Shown one piece after another: positions 18,199 through 28,845 of a DNA stretch of 64,000 nucleotides. The stretch comes from an uncultured Verrucomicrobiae bacterium (GTDB lineage: Bacteria > Verrucomicrobiota > Verrucomicrobiia > Limisphaerales > Palsa-1400). Numbering within the stretch: position 1 is the first letter of the stretch; each line of letters opens with the position of its first letter. The notes below the pieces were generated by a model. The model had not been told where the DNA came from and searched no databases. It worked only from the letters and a program-made list of their open reading frames with translations. The translations under genes were made by a program, and so were the position numbers. The stretch covers positions 2,016,001 to 2,080,000 of the forward strand of contig OY969763.1 in the NCBI GenBank assembly GCA_963702845.1. Reading direction: 5' to 3'.

Positions 18199-19281
18199 AT
18201 GATCAATATCGCTATCATAGGCTGTGGCCAAATTGCGCTGGCAAATCATTTGCCGGGACTGGCCCTCTGTCCCGAGGCCAAGGTCATCGCACTTTGCGAT
18301 ACCAATCCAGAAGTGCTCGAACGCGCTCGTCAACAAACCGGTGTCAACACCGTCTCGACTGATTACCGCGAAATCGTCACCCGCGACGACGTTGATGCCG
18401 TCATCATCGCGACGCCGAATTTCACCCACGCCGAAATTTCTATCGCCGCCGCCAAAGCCGGCAAGCACATCCTTTGCGAAAAACCGCTCGCCATGAATAT
18501 GAGCGAAACGTGGAAAATGTACGATGCTGCGAAGAAAGCAAAAGTGCGCCACATGACCGCGTTCACTTACCGGTTCGTTCCAGCCATGCGCTACATGACG
18601 CATCTGGTGAAACAGGGCGCAGTCGGCAAACCGTATCATTTCCGAAGCTGCCGTTTGCAGGACTGGGGCACGCGTCCGCTTGGTTGGCGGCAGGTCGAGA
18701 GATTGTCGGGAACCGGCGAACTCGGGGACATGCTGACGCATCGCATTGATTATGCGCAGATGATGATGGGCCACTTCGAACGCGTCGTCGCCGACATGCG
18801 CAAGTTTCACGAAACCCGCGGCGGCAAACCTTCCGAACTGGAAGATTGGGTCGGCGTTCTGGCCGAAATGGAAAACAACGCCACGGGCATGCTCGAAAGC
18901 AGCAAAGTCGCCAGCGGACGTGGCGAAGGCGCGCGCAGCCAGGATTATTGTGAAATCAACGGCAGCGAAGGTTCGCTCGTATTTCAATTAAGCAAACCCT
19001 TCGAACTGCAAGTTGGAAAGCTCGGCCAACCCGGACTCGAAACCGTCGCTGTGCCTGACGAGTTTTTAAAATGGCCCAAGTCACCGCGCGATCCGAGAGC
19101 AGGGGATCCGCTGGTCACGTTCCGCTACGACCAGGACGTCGAATTCATCAGCGCGATTCTCGAGAACCGCGAATGCGTCCCCAGCTTCCGCGAAGGTCTG
19201 CAAGTGCAAGCCGTGATGGACTCGATCCAGATCTCTGTCCGCAAACGGAAATGGGTCGATGTCGTTCGGGTCGCAACGTAG
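18199..19281 (+). CDS. Gfo/Idh/MocA-family oxidoreductase
   Basis: IIGCGQIA, IATPN, CEKPLA, GELGDMLTHRID; GAGGAG RBS before the ATG at 18199. Confidence 0.88.
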   Translation: MINIAIIGCGQIALANHLPGLALCPEAKVIALCDTNPEVLERARQQTGVNTVSTDYREIVTRDDVDAVIIATPNFTHAEISIAAAKAGKHILCEKPLAMNMSETWKMYDAAKKAKVRHMTAFTYRFVPAMRYMTHLVKQGAVGKPYHFRSCRLQDWGTRPLGWRQVERLSGTGELGDMLTHRIDYAQMMMGHFERVVADMRKFHETRGGKPSELEDWVGVLAEMENNATGMLESSKVASGRGEGARSQDYCEINGSEGSLVFQLSKPFELQVGKLGQPGLETVAVPDEFLKWPKSPRDPRAGDPLVTFRYDQDVEFISAILENRECVPSFREGLQVQAVMDSIQISVRKRKWVDVVRVAT

Positions 19282-19369
19282 CCGCTGCGGTAACGAGTCA
19301 CTCAAAAGAACTATTGAAACAGAACGAAGAAGTTTCTAAGGTGCAGCCGCAAAATTCGTCCAAACAACT

Positions 19370-20502
19370 ATGAAACCAATTTGGTTGACCATCAGTGCAG
19401 TCGCCCTCATGAGCGCCCTCGTCTTCACCGGCTGTAATCAAGGCGGTGGCGACACAATCAAAGTCGGCGAATTTGCTTCGCTTACTGGAAAAGAAGCGAC
19501 CTTCGGCCAGATGTCTCATCACGGCACCGAATTGGCCATCAACGAACTGAACGCCAAAGGCGGCGTGCTCGGCAGAAAATTCGAGCTGATCACCGAAGAC
19601 AATCAATCCAAGCCTGGCGAGTCCAAGACGATTGCGATCAAATTGATTTCACGCGACAAAGTCATTTGCGTGCTCGGTGAAGTTGCGTCGGGGCGCTCTC
19701 TTGAAGCAGCGCCGATTTGTCAGGCGAACAAAATCCCGCAAATTTCGCCGTCATCGACCAACCCCAAAGTCACCGAAATGGGCGATTACATTTTCCGCGT
19801 CTGCTTCATTGATCCATTCCAGGGCACGGTCATGGCGAAGTTTGCCAAAGACACTTTGAAGGCAAAGAACGTGGCAGTGCTCACCGATGTCGCGTCTCCC
19901 TACAGCGTCGGCCTCGCGACCTACTTCAAAGAGACCTTCGTGAAAAACGGCGGCATGATTGTCATGGAGCAAAAATACAGCGGCGGCGATAAAGACTTCA
20001 AAGCTCAGCTCACCGCTCTGAAGGGCGTCACCCCCGAAGCCATTTTCATTCCTGGTTATTATACTGACGTGGGCTTGATCGCACGCCAGGCGCGTGACCT
20101 AGGCATTACTGTTCCGCTCTTCGGCGGAGACGGTTGGGAATCGGCCAAGTTGGTTGAAATTGGCGGCCCCGCGATCGACGGCGCGTATTTCTCAACGCAC
20201 TTCTCACCTGAAGAAAAGAGCCCGGTGATTGAGGATTTTGTGGCAAAGTTCAAAAAAGCCTACAATGAAGCCCCCGACGCCATGGCCGCTCTCGGCTACG
20301 ACTCCGCGATGCTTCTCGCCGATGCCATCAAACGCTGCGGCACCACTGAGGAGCCGAAGCTGCGTGATGCCCTCGCGTCGACGAAAGATTTCCCCGCCAT
20401 TAGTGGCAGCATCACCATCGACAAAGACCGCAACGCGACAAAGCCCGCGGTCATCCTTCAGGTGAAAGACGGCACATTCAAATTCGTCGAAACGATCAAC
20501 CC

Positions 20503-20506
<4 letters not shown>
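19370..20506 (+). CDS. livJ: Branched-chain amino acid ABC transporter substrate-binding lipoprotein
   Basis: Lipobox-like FTGC, IKVG..SLTG, GGVLGRK, FRVCFIDPFQG, GGDGW, ALGYD. Confidence 0.85.
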
Positions 20507-21393
<887 letters not shown>

Positions 21394-21395
21394 CG

Positions 21396-22376
21396 ATGAG
21401 TCAACCCGCGCGATCAACCAACCCGTTTTTGCGCTGGCCAAAGATGCTGCTGCTGTGCGCTATCGCAGCGAGCTTTGTCTTGTGGTGGTTTTCAAATCAC
21501 CTGAACCCATACTTCTCGGACATCCTCCTCAAGATCGGCATCAACATTACGTTGGCCGTCAGCCTCAATCTCATCAACGGCTACACCGGTCAATTCTCAC
21601 TCGGCCACGCCGGATTTATGGCGGTGGGCGCGTACACGTCGGCAGCGGTCACCATGTTCGTTGGCCCGCACGTCATCGGCCCAAACCCGTCAACGGCGCT
21701 GTCGATGGTATGGTTCGTTCTCGCGCTTTACATCGGTGGTTTGGTTGCGGCGGTTGCCGGGATATTGGTCGGGGCACCATCGCTCCGGTTGAAAGGTGAT
21801 TATCTCGCGATTGTGACACTTGGGTTCGGCGAAATCATTCGTGTCATCTTCCGCAACATCGACTCATTGGGCGGCGCTTTAGGACTGAATGGAATTCCGC
21901 CGTACACGAATCTGTTCTGGGTTTTCGGCACTGCCGCCATTTGCACATACGTGGTGCTTTCGCTCGTTCACTCAACTTACGGGCGAGGATTCATCGCGGT
22001 ACACGACGACGAAGTGGCCGCCGAAGCGATGGGCATCAACACGACGCGTTACAAGATTGTCGCGTTTGTGATTGGTGCATTCTTCGCCGGACTCGCCGGT
22101 GGTCTTTATGGCCACTACACGCTTTCGATCGATCCCAAAGGATTCGACTTCATGCGTTCGATTGAAATCGTCGTGATGGTCATTCTCGGCGGAATGGGCA
22201 ACACCGTCGGAGTGATTGCGGCTGCGGTATTGCTGACGCTCTTGCCTGAAGTGCTGCGACCAATCGCGCAGTATCGCATGATCATGTATTCGTTCCTGCT
22301 TATCGTTTTCATGCTCACGCGTCCACAAGGTCTGTTCACGTGGCGACGCAAAGCAAAACCAACTCTGACCGCGTGA
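21396..22376 (+). CDS. livM: Branched-chain amino acid ABC transporter permease
   Basis: SLNLINGYTGQFSLGHAGF, LRLKGDYLAIVTLGFGEI, VILGGMG. Confidence 0.9.
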   Translation: MSQPARSTNPFLRWPKMLLLCAIAASFVLWWFSNHLNPYFSDILLKIGINITLAVSLNLINGYTGQFSLGHAGFMAVGAYTSAAVTMFVGPHVIGPNPSTALSMVWFVLALYIGGLVAAVAGILVGAPSLRLKGDYLAIVTLGFGEIIRVIFRNIDSLGGALGLNGIPPYTNLFWVFGTAAICTYVVLSLVHSTYGRGFIAVHDDEVAAEAMGINTTRYKIVAFVIGAFFAGLAGGLYGHYTLSIDPKGFDFMRSIEIVVMVILGGMGNTVGVIAAAVLLTLLPEVLRPIAQYRMIMYSFLLIVFMLTRPQGLFTWRRKAKPTLTA

Positions 22377-23137
22377 GTGCGCCGCTGCTCAGTCTTGAAC
22401 ATTGCACGATTCGCTTCGGCGGATTGACGGCTGTTTCTGACTTGAACGTCCAGATCGGTGAAAATGATTTGGTCGGTTTGATTGGGCCCAACGGCGCGGG
22501 TAAGACAACCGTGTTCAATTTCATCACTGGCGTCTATCAACCGACGGAGGGGCGCATCCAATTCGCTGGGGAAGATATCGTTGGCCAAGCGCCGTTCGAA
22601 ATAACGAAGAGAGGCATTGCTCGCACGTTTCAGAACATCCGCCTGTTCCCATCACTCTCCGTTTACGACAACGTGCGCGTCGCCTTTCGTTTGCACATCA
22701 AACACGGCGTCGTCCAAGCAATGTGGCGCGGTGCAGTGTTGGAACGAGAAGAGCAGGGGATCGAAGCGCAAGTGATGGAGATGCTCGATATTTTTAAGCT
22801 CGGCAAATTTCGCGATGTTCCAGCGAAGGGCCTGCCATACGGCGACCAAAGACGCCTTGAGATTGTCCGCGCACTCGCGACGAGGCCAAAGCTGCTGTTG
22901 CTCGATGAACCGGCTGCCGGCATGAACCCGACCGAGAAAGTCGAGTTGATGAAATTGATCCGGTTTGTGGAAGAGAAATACAAAATCTCAGTACTGTTGG
23001 TCGAACACGACATGCAGGTCGTGATGGGTATTTGCCGACGCATCATCGTGCTCGATCACGGTGTGCTGATCGCCGAAGGCACCCCCGAAGAGGTGCGTGC
23101 GAATCCAAAAGTGATTGAGGCCTATTTGGGCCAGTAA
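22373..23137 (+). CDS. livG: Branched-chain amino acid ABC transporter ATP-binding protein
   Basis: GPNGAGKTT, RTFQNIRLF, LPYGDQRRLEI, LLDEPAAG, VEHDM; GTG start overlapping the livM stop. Confidence 0.9.
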   Translation: MSAPLLSLEHCTIRFGGLTAVSDLNVQIGENDLVGLIGPNGAGKTTVFNFITGVYQPTEGRIQFAGEDIVGQAPFEITKRGIARTFQNIRLFPSLSVYDNVRVAFRLHIKHGVVQAMWRGAVLEREEQGIEAQVMEMLDIFKLGKFRDVPAKGLPYGDQRRLEIVRALATRPKLLLLDEPAAGMNPTEKVELMKLIRFVEEKYKISVLLVEHDMQVVMGICRRIIVLDHGVLIAEGTPEEVRANPKVIEAYLGQ

Positions 23138-23146
23138 TTTCCGACG

Positions 23147-23851
23147 ATGCTCCAGGTTAAAAATCTTAGAGTGAACTACGGCGCGATCAACGCGCTGCAC
23201 GGCATTTCGCTGGAAGTGAAGCAAGGCGACATCGTCACGCTCATTGGCGCGAATGGAGCAGGGAAGACGACGACGCTTAAGGCAATTTCGGGATTGTTAA
23301 AAGTTGATGGCGAAGTTCTTTACAACGGCCGCAACGTCGCCAACTGCAAGCCGCACGAGTTGGTCCCGATGGGGATGGCTCATGTGCCGGAAGGCCGAAT
23401 GGTCTTCGCGAATTTGACGGTCTGGGAGAATCTACAAATGGGCGCTTACCTGCAGCGCGACAAGCGCGCGATTGAAGAAGAGCGTGCGTTTGTCTTCAGC
23501 ATCTTTCCGCGTCTAGCCGAGCGCCAGAAGCAGATTGCCGGAACGCTTTCTGGCGGTGAACAACAGATGCTCGCCATTGGGCGCGCGTTGATGAGCCGGC
23601 CGAAATTCTTGATGCTCGACGAGCCGTCTTTAGGGATTGCGCCGATTCTCGTTAAAACAATTTTCGAAAAAATCGTTGAGATAAATCAAAACCAGGGAAT
23701 CACAATTTTGTTGGTGGAGCAGAACGCCAATCTCGCGTTAGAGGTTTCACGCTATGGCTACGTGCTCGAAACCGGGCGAATCATCCTGCAGGATTCCTCG
23801 GCGGCACTCCGCCAAAACCCGAAGGTCAAAAGCGCCTATCTCGGTGGGTAA
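23147..23851 (+). CDS. livF: Branched-chain amino acid ABC transporter ATP-binding protein
   Basis: GANGAGKTT, VPEGR, LSGGEQQMLAIGRALM, LDEPSLG, VEQNA. Confidence 0.92.
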   Translation: MLQVKNLRVNYGAINALHGISLEVKQGDIVTLIGANGAGKTTTLKAISGLLKVDGEVLYNGRNVANCKPHELVPMGMAHVPEGRMVFANLTVWENLQMGAYLQRDKRAIEEERAFVFSIFPRLAERQKQIAGTLSGGEQQMLAIGRALMSRPKFLMLDEPSLGIAPILVKTIFEKIVEINQNQGITILLVEQNANLALEVSRYGYVLETGRIILQDSSAALRQNPKVKSAYLGG

Positions 23852-23908
23852 TTTGCGCTTGATTACAGAACACTTGCCACAAGCGCTCCTCGCCGTCATA
23901 TTCGCAAT

Positions 23909-24661
23909 ATGAGCTTCGACATTTCCGGCATCCTGGATCAATGGGATTACGAGCCGGGCAAGGTGGTCGTCAGAAAATTCAAAGCTAAAGACGGCACCGA
24001 AAAGCTCCAACTCCGCGTCGACCTGGGATTACTCCAGATGAACGCCCATGGCCGACCTGACGGCAAGCATCCGTTTGGCAAGGAGTCCCTTCTCGAACAT
24101 TACGAATCGCAGCTCGAAAAATTCAAGCAGGAGAACGAAGGCGACGAGAAAGGATTTCAACTCAAGCCTGAGGACATTTCGAAGCTGCAACAAGAGGCGA
24201 TTCAGTATCACCATCGCTACATTTGTTTGTTTCAACTTGAGGACTTCGAAGCGGTTATTCGCGATGCGGAACGCAATTTGAAGGTTTTTGATTTCGCGCA
24301 GAAGTATGCGACGTCCGACGATTTTGCGTGGGCGCTGCAACAGTTCCGTCCGCAACTGCTCATGATGCGGGTGCGCGCCAGAGGTGCGACGGCGCTGAAA
24401 GAGGACAAATACGACGAAGTCATTCGTATCGTCGAGACTGGGTTGGAGGAAATCCGCCAGTTTTATCGCGACCAGGAACGGCATGATCTCCTCGATCAAA
24501 GCGGCGAAATCATTTCGCTCGAGGCATGGCTGGAAGAAATTCGCGCCAAGCGCCCGCTCAGTCCGCGTGAGAAACTGGAGAACGCTTTGGACGAAGCGGT
24601 CAAGAACGAGGATTACGAAAAGGCGGCTCAAGTGCGCGACGCTCTCAAAAATCTGAAATAA
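23909..24661 (+). CDS. UvrB/UvrC (UVR) motif-containing protein
   Basis: LQLRVDLGLLQM...GRPDG N-terminal region; C-terminal LDEAVKNEDYEKAAQVRD UVR motif. Confidence 0.75.
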   Translation: MSFDISGILDQWDYEPGKVVVRKFKAKDGTEKLQLRVDLGLLQMNAHGRPDGKHPFGKESLLEHYESQLEKFKQENEGDEKGFQLKPEDISKLQQEAIQYHHRYICLFQLEDFEAVIRDAERNLKVFDFAQKYATSDDFAWALQQFRPQLLMMRVRARGATALKEDKYDEVIRIVETGLEEIRQFYRDQERHDLLDQSGEIISLEAWLEEIRAKRPLSPREKLENALDEAVKNEDYEKAAQVRDALKNLK

Positions 24662-24665
24662 CTAT

Positions 24666-25113
24666 ATGGCTCTTGCTGAAACACTCGCCCAGGAAATCAA
24701 ATCCGCGATGTTCGCGAAGGACGCCGATCGTCTGAGCACATTGCGTATGCTCAAGTCCGCAATGGGTTACGCCGCAGATCGAGAAAAAAACGGATACATT
24801 GGGTGAAGGCGATGCCGTGTCAATCGTTCAGAAGGAAGTCAAAAAGCGCCGCGACTCAATCGAGCAATTTGAAAAAGGCGGCCGCCCCGAACTCGCTGAA
24901 AAGGAGAAGAAGGAAATCGTCATCCTGGAAGGGTTTCTTCCGAAGGCGTTGAGCGCTGAAGAACTTGAGCAGCTTGTCAAAGCGACCATCACCGAAGTTG
25001 GTGCGACCGGCAAGAAAGACATGGGCGCCGTTATCAAAGCTGTTCAGGCCAAAGCGGCGGGACGCGCAGACGGTAAATCGATCAGCGGCCTTGTTGGCAA
25101 GCTCCTGCCTTAA
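24666..25113 (+). CDS. GatB/YqeY domain protein; apparent +1 frameshift near 24772
   Basis: MALAETLAQEIKSAMFAKDADRLSTLRMLKSA continues in the next frame as KEVKKRRDSIEQF...KDMGAVIK...GRADG. Confidence 0.8.
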
Positions 25114-25116
25114 TTA

Positions 25117-25557
25117 TCACTTGGGATAAATTTGGTACAGAATTACGTAGACCAATACACCTGTAACGGATACGTACATCCACAACGGCAACGTCCATTT
25201 GGCAATTCTTCGGTGAAGCTCATCCTGTCGTTTGAGCCCGCGTTTTAGACTCACGATAACTAGAGGCACAATAACGACAGCGAGGATCGTATGGCTCAAT
25301 AGAAGTGCGAGGTAGTAAATCCGAAGGGACTTTGGGCCTTTAAATGTAGTTGGCCCTTGATGCAATACATACCCGAGATAGGTGTGGTAGGTCAGGTAAC
25401 AAATCAAAAATAGCACCGACGTGGAAAACGCCGCAATCATGCAGTTACGATGCGACTGGATTCTCTTCTGCTTAATCTGGACGTAGCCGATGGTGAGAAA
25501 AATTGCGCTCAATCCATTAAGCGTCGCATTGACCGCAGGCAAATCGTGAATGGTCAT
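25117..25557 (-). CDS. DUF420 family membrane protein (oxidase-assembly associated)
   Basis: LPAVNATLNG, HRNCM, FLICYLTYH, HRRIAKWTLPLWMYVSVTGV. Confidence 0.85.
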   Translation of the reverse strand: MTIHDLPAVNATLNGLSAIFLTIGYVQIKQKRIQSHRNCMIAAFSTSVLFLICYLTYHTYLGYVLHQGPTTFKGPKSLRIYYLALLLSHTILAVVIVPLVIVSLKRGLKRQDELHRRIAKWTLPLWMYVSVTGVLVYVILYQIYPK

Positions 25558-26175
25558 TATTTTTCTCGTTCCAGTGTTTTGACTGCGGAGAGGATTTCGG
25601 GTGTTGATTGCGGATCGTCACCGTCAAAATAACCGCGGACACGACCGAGTCGGTCCACGAGAACGAATTTAGTGCTGTGGATGAACAAATCGTTTGGATT
25701 TTCGCGTTCTGCCGGAGGGGTTTCCTGGACTGCCAATTTCAAACCGTCGACTGAGACGGTGTTGAGAACGCGTTTGTCGCCAGTCAGGAACAGCCAGTTG
25801 TCTGACTTGGAATAATTGCCAGCATACTTCTTCAATACCTCAGGACTGTCATGGGTTGGATCTGTCGTTAAAGAAACAAGTTTAACGTCGTGCGGCAGTT
25901 TGGCCTGGAGTTCTTTCATGTGCGCACTCATGCGCAGGCATTGGCTGGGGCAATGTGTGAAGATCACATCGGCAATCCAAATCTGGCCGCGTAGAGAATC
26001 GAGCGTGACGGCGTTGCCGGTCTGGTTTGTGAGTGTGAACTGCGGGATGTCGTTGTAGACGGGCAGGGGTTTCGTGTTTGACCTGCGAGACGACATAGGC
26101 AACGAATATGGCTGCAATGACAATTCCAAGCCCTCCCCAAACTGCATACTGGATTTTAGAGCCGGAATTAGTCAT
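25557..26175 (-). CDS. SCO1/SenC copper chaperone; apparent +1 frameshift near 26085
   Basis: The membrane anchor MTNSGSKIQYAVWGGLGIVIAAIFVAY is in one frame; FTHCPSQC (CxxxC), DPTHD and HSTKFVLVD are in the next. Confidence 0.82.
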
Positions 26176-26193
26176 CAAGGGCAGGCGGCAAGA

Positions 26194-27120
26194 TTACTCG
26201 TAGCCGCCTGAAGACTGGGCTGCGCTTTGGCTATTGCCGGCCAGCCACTTCTCGTATTCGGCTTCGGTTACGACGTTAATAGTGCCTTTCATGCTGTAGT
26301 GACCGTTGCCACAGAGCTGGGCGCAGTTGATCCAAAACTCTTTTTTCTGTCCCGTTACTGCTGGTTGGAACCACGCCGGAAAGTTCATTCCCGGGATTGC
26401 ATCCTGGGTCACGCGCATCGGTTTGCACGCAAAACAATGAATCACGTCGCGCGAACTGATGTGGACGAGGATCGGGCGGCCTTCGGGGACGTAAATATCA
26501 TTCTTGACGATGAAGTTGCCCTTAGACTTGGGATCTTTCATGTCGAGGCTGACGTTGCCGGAGTTCAAATCGAGGGATCCAAAACCGTCAGCACCAGGAT
26601 ACCAGGCATTCCAAAGGAATTGCTGGCCGATGACACGAATGACAACGGTGTTCTTGTCCTTTTCATTTGGAAACGTCTGGACTGCGTGCGCCCACAACGG
26701 GATAGCCAAACCAATCAGCAACACGCCTTCAACGAGGGCTACCAGTCCCTCGACATAGGTCGAGATGTGGCTTTTCACACCTGTATAATCGGCGACGGGA
26801 TTGACGTTGCGACGAAAGCGGAACAGGACATAGCCGAAATATCCAACCCACCCAACGAACAGCACTGCCATTAAACCATGAATCGCCTTGTTCAACGTAT
26901 CAATGCCGCCACCCTGCATCGAATGGTTTTCTATGGCGTGCATGGGATTGATCGAAAAAATCGCCGTGGCGGGCAGGAACAGGATTTGCAGAATCGGATT
27001 TCCATGCTGGCCCGCTGCATAATTATAGGCCAATCCGGCGACGAGATAGATCGCGAAAGCGAGCGAGTAAATCGCCCATCGGATGAAGCCGGAATTCGGA
27101 TTCGAAGTTGGTTTGTTCAT
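26194..27120 (-). CDS. coxB: Cytochrome c oxidase subunit II (no cytochrome c fusion)
   Basis: VIGQQFLW, SRDVIH, QDAIPG, CuA motif CAQLCGNGHYSM. Confidence 0.88.
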   Translation of the reverse strand: MNKPTSNPNSGFIRWAIYSLAFAIYLVAGLAYNYAAGQHGNPILQILFLPATAIFSINPMHAIENHSMQGGGIDTLNKAIHGLMAVLFVGWVGYFGYVLFRFRRNVNPVADYTGVKSHISTYVEGLVALVEGVLLIGLAIPLWAHAVQTFPNEKDKNTVVIRVIGQQFLWNAWYPGADGFGSLDLNSGNVSLDMKDPKSKGNFIVKNDIYVPEGRPILVHISSRDVIHCFACKPMRVTQDAIPGMNFPAWFQPAVTGQKKEFWINCAQLCGNGHYSMKGTINVVTEAEYEKWLAGNSQSAAQSSGGYE

Positions 27121-27123
27121 TGA

Positions 27124-27396
27124 TTAAATTGTAGGTTGAGCGACCGGTTCAGCGTCGGGCAGTTGTGACGCGCGGCGAACGAGGTAAAATGCAAAACTTG
27201 CCGCGCCGACGAGGACAAAAACAATCACGCCAAGCAGCGTAAAAATTCCAGCGTTCATCCCTTGGGCCATCTCGGAATCGTTTTTTCCGCCTGCACACGC
27301 GGCGCAAGCGAATAAGGATGGGGCGATCGCGAGAAATGCGAAGGTCAAAACCAATTTGATCACAGCCTTGCTACGAATGGTATAATTCGAGGTCAT
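27124..27396 (-). CDS. Small membrane protein with CxxC in the cox operon
   Basis: Signal-like segment, FACAAC, then a TM helix; start overlaps the upstream stop. Confidence 0.6.
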   Translation of the reverse strand: MTSNYTIRSKAVIKLVLTFAFLAIAPSLFACAACAGGKNDSEMAQGMNAGIFTLLGVIVFVLVGAASFAFYLVRRASQLPDAEPVAQPTI

Positions 27397-27599
27397 AGAT
27401 AGCTGATCTGTTTCAGTTTGCGCATCACCGATTTGCCGTACCAAATCAGGCCGACACCCACAACCGCGGCGGCAATCGCTCCGAGTAAATTCCCAACAGC
27501 CTTCGTGACGAAATAGTTGTTCAGCAGCCAGCCTGCGAAAAAGAACACGACTAGAGTTGAAACTGTAACGAAAACGAGATGGAAGGCTTTGAGTGACAT
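27393..27599 (-). CDS. Small two-TM membrane protein in the cox operon
   Basis: MSLKAFHLVF..., 68 aa, coupled to both neighbours. Confidence 0.6.
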   Translation of the reverse strand: MSLKAFHLVFVTVSTLVVFFFAGWLLNNYFVTKAVGNLLGAIAAAVVGVGLIWYGKSVMRKLKQISYL

Positions 27600-27982
27600 T
27601 ATTGGATATGGATGAGGTTGCCGCGTTCCATGGACCAGATCGTCAGATACATCAAGGCCGCAAAGAAAAACACTGTGAACGCCAACACCGAATAAATCAT
27701 TTTCTTTTCAGAAATGAGATGCATGAAAAAGCCGGCGACGAGAAAACCTTTGGCACAGGCGATGATGAGAGCGACGATGACATTCCAGTTCAAATCTTTG
27801 CCCGGTAAAACTTTGGCGAAATCGATGAACGCAGCCCAGACGGTCAGGCCCGTACCGACCATCAACGCGACGCCAATCAGGAGATAACGGTTAACGTGTT
27901 TACGAATTTCTTCCGCAGAATGTTCGTGATCGTCGTGGGCGGCGGAATGTTGTGCGTGTTGCATAGAGTGAGAGTGACTCAT
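27599..27982 (-). CDS. Cytochrome c oxidase subunit IV family protein, His-rich N-terminus
   Basis: IACAKGFLVAGFFMHL motif; directly follows subunit III. Confidence 0.82.
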   Translation of the reverse strand: MSHSHSMQHAQHSAAHDDHEHSAEEIRKHVNRYLLIGVALMVGTGLTVWAAFIDFAKVLPGKDLNWNVIVALIIACAKGFLVAGFFMHLISEKKMIYSVLAFTVFFFAALMYLTIWSMERGNLIHIQ

Positions 27983-27987
27983 GTTGT

Positions 27988-28845
27988 TTACAAAAGATAG
28001 AGGACGGGGAACAGGAAGATCCAAACCAGGTCAACCAAGTGCCAGAACAATCCGGACACTTCGACGCGATTCGTATATTGAACCGGATCCTTTCGCCAAA
28101 CACTGGCCAAGGGTCCCCAAATCATGAAGATGACCAATGCGCCGCCGACGACGTGCAAGGCGTGCAGGCCGGTCAGGATGAAGTAGATTGCAGTGTAAGT
28201 GTTGTGCCACGGACCGTAGTTGCTGAAGGTTTTGACTTCCGATGCAGCGAAATGTCCTTCGGGAAGTTCTTCAGCTTCTTTGGCTTCTTTCGAAAGCGGC
28301 GCTGGGCCTTCCATCAAGTCTGCATGGTTTTTTACGATGTGCGCATGTTCGATGAAAATCTCACCTTTTCCCGTCGGGTCCGACAGCTTGAAAGGAATCC
28401 ACCAGGGAACATTTACACCAGTTTTTTCGGTCTCTTCGCGATTGAGATGGCCGTCAAAGATTCTGCCGTCCTTCAATTGGAATTCGTAGTGGTGAAATTT
28501 GTCGCGATATTCAAACGACTTGATGCCCATGAACATGAGCGCGCAGAGCAACGTAATCGATTGAAACATTTGATAACGTTTGAAGTTACCCATCTTCAAC
28601 GAAGCCCAGGCAAGGACCACCGTGACTGACGAGGCAATCAGCACGATCGTATTAGTCATGCCGAGCAACACATTGAGCCAGTGAATCGGCCACGTGCCCG
28701 GGGCCGCTCCGACGCGTAACAGGATGTAGGACGAGAAGAGCGCTCCGAAGAGCATCACTTCCGATGCCAGAAACAGCCAAATGCCGACTTTGGCGTTGTA
28801 TAGACCGGTATCCGGCCGGGGTTTAACTGCGTACGGGATTTCCAT
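27988..28845 (-). CDS. coxC: Cytochrome c oxidase subunit III
   Basis: GIWLFLASEVMLFGALF, NTIVLIASS, YFILTGLHALHV, WHLVDLVWIFLFPVLY; long soluble insertion between helices. Confidence 0.9.
   Translation of the reverse strand: MEIPYAVKPRPDTGLYNAKVGIWLFLASEVMLFGALFSSYILLRVGAAPGTWPIHWLNVLLGMTNTIVLIASSVTVVLAWASLKMGNFKRYQMFQSITLLCALMFMGIKSFEYRDKFHHYEFQLKDGRIFDGHLNREETEKTGVNVPWWIPFKLSDPTGKGEIFIEHAHIVKNHADLMEGPAPLSKEAKEAEELPEGHFAASEVKTFSNYGPWHNTYTAIYFILTGLHALHVVGGALVIFMIWGPLASVWRKDPVQYTNRVEVSGLFWHLVDLVWIFLFPVLYLL

Noticed and set aside
17884..18987. Long antisense ORFs (e.g. 17884..18987, 39106..39981, 4512..5306, 55410..56189)
   Set aside because: Shadow frames opposite well-supported genes in GC-rich DNA; no motifs.
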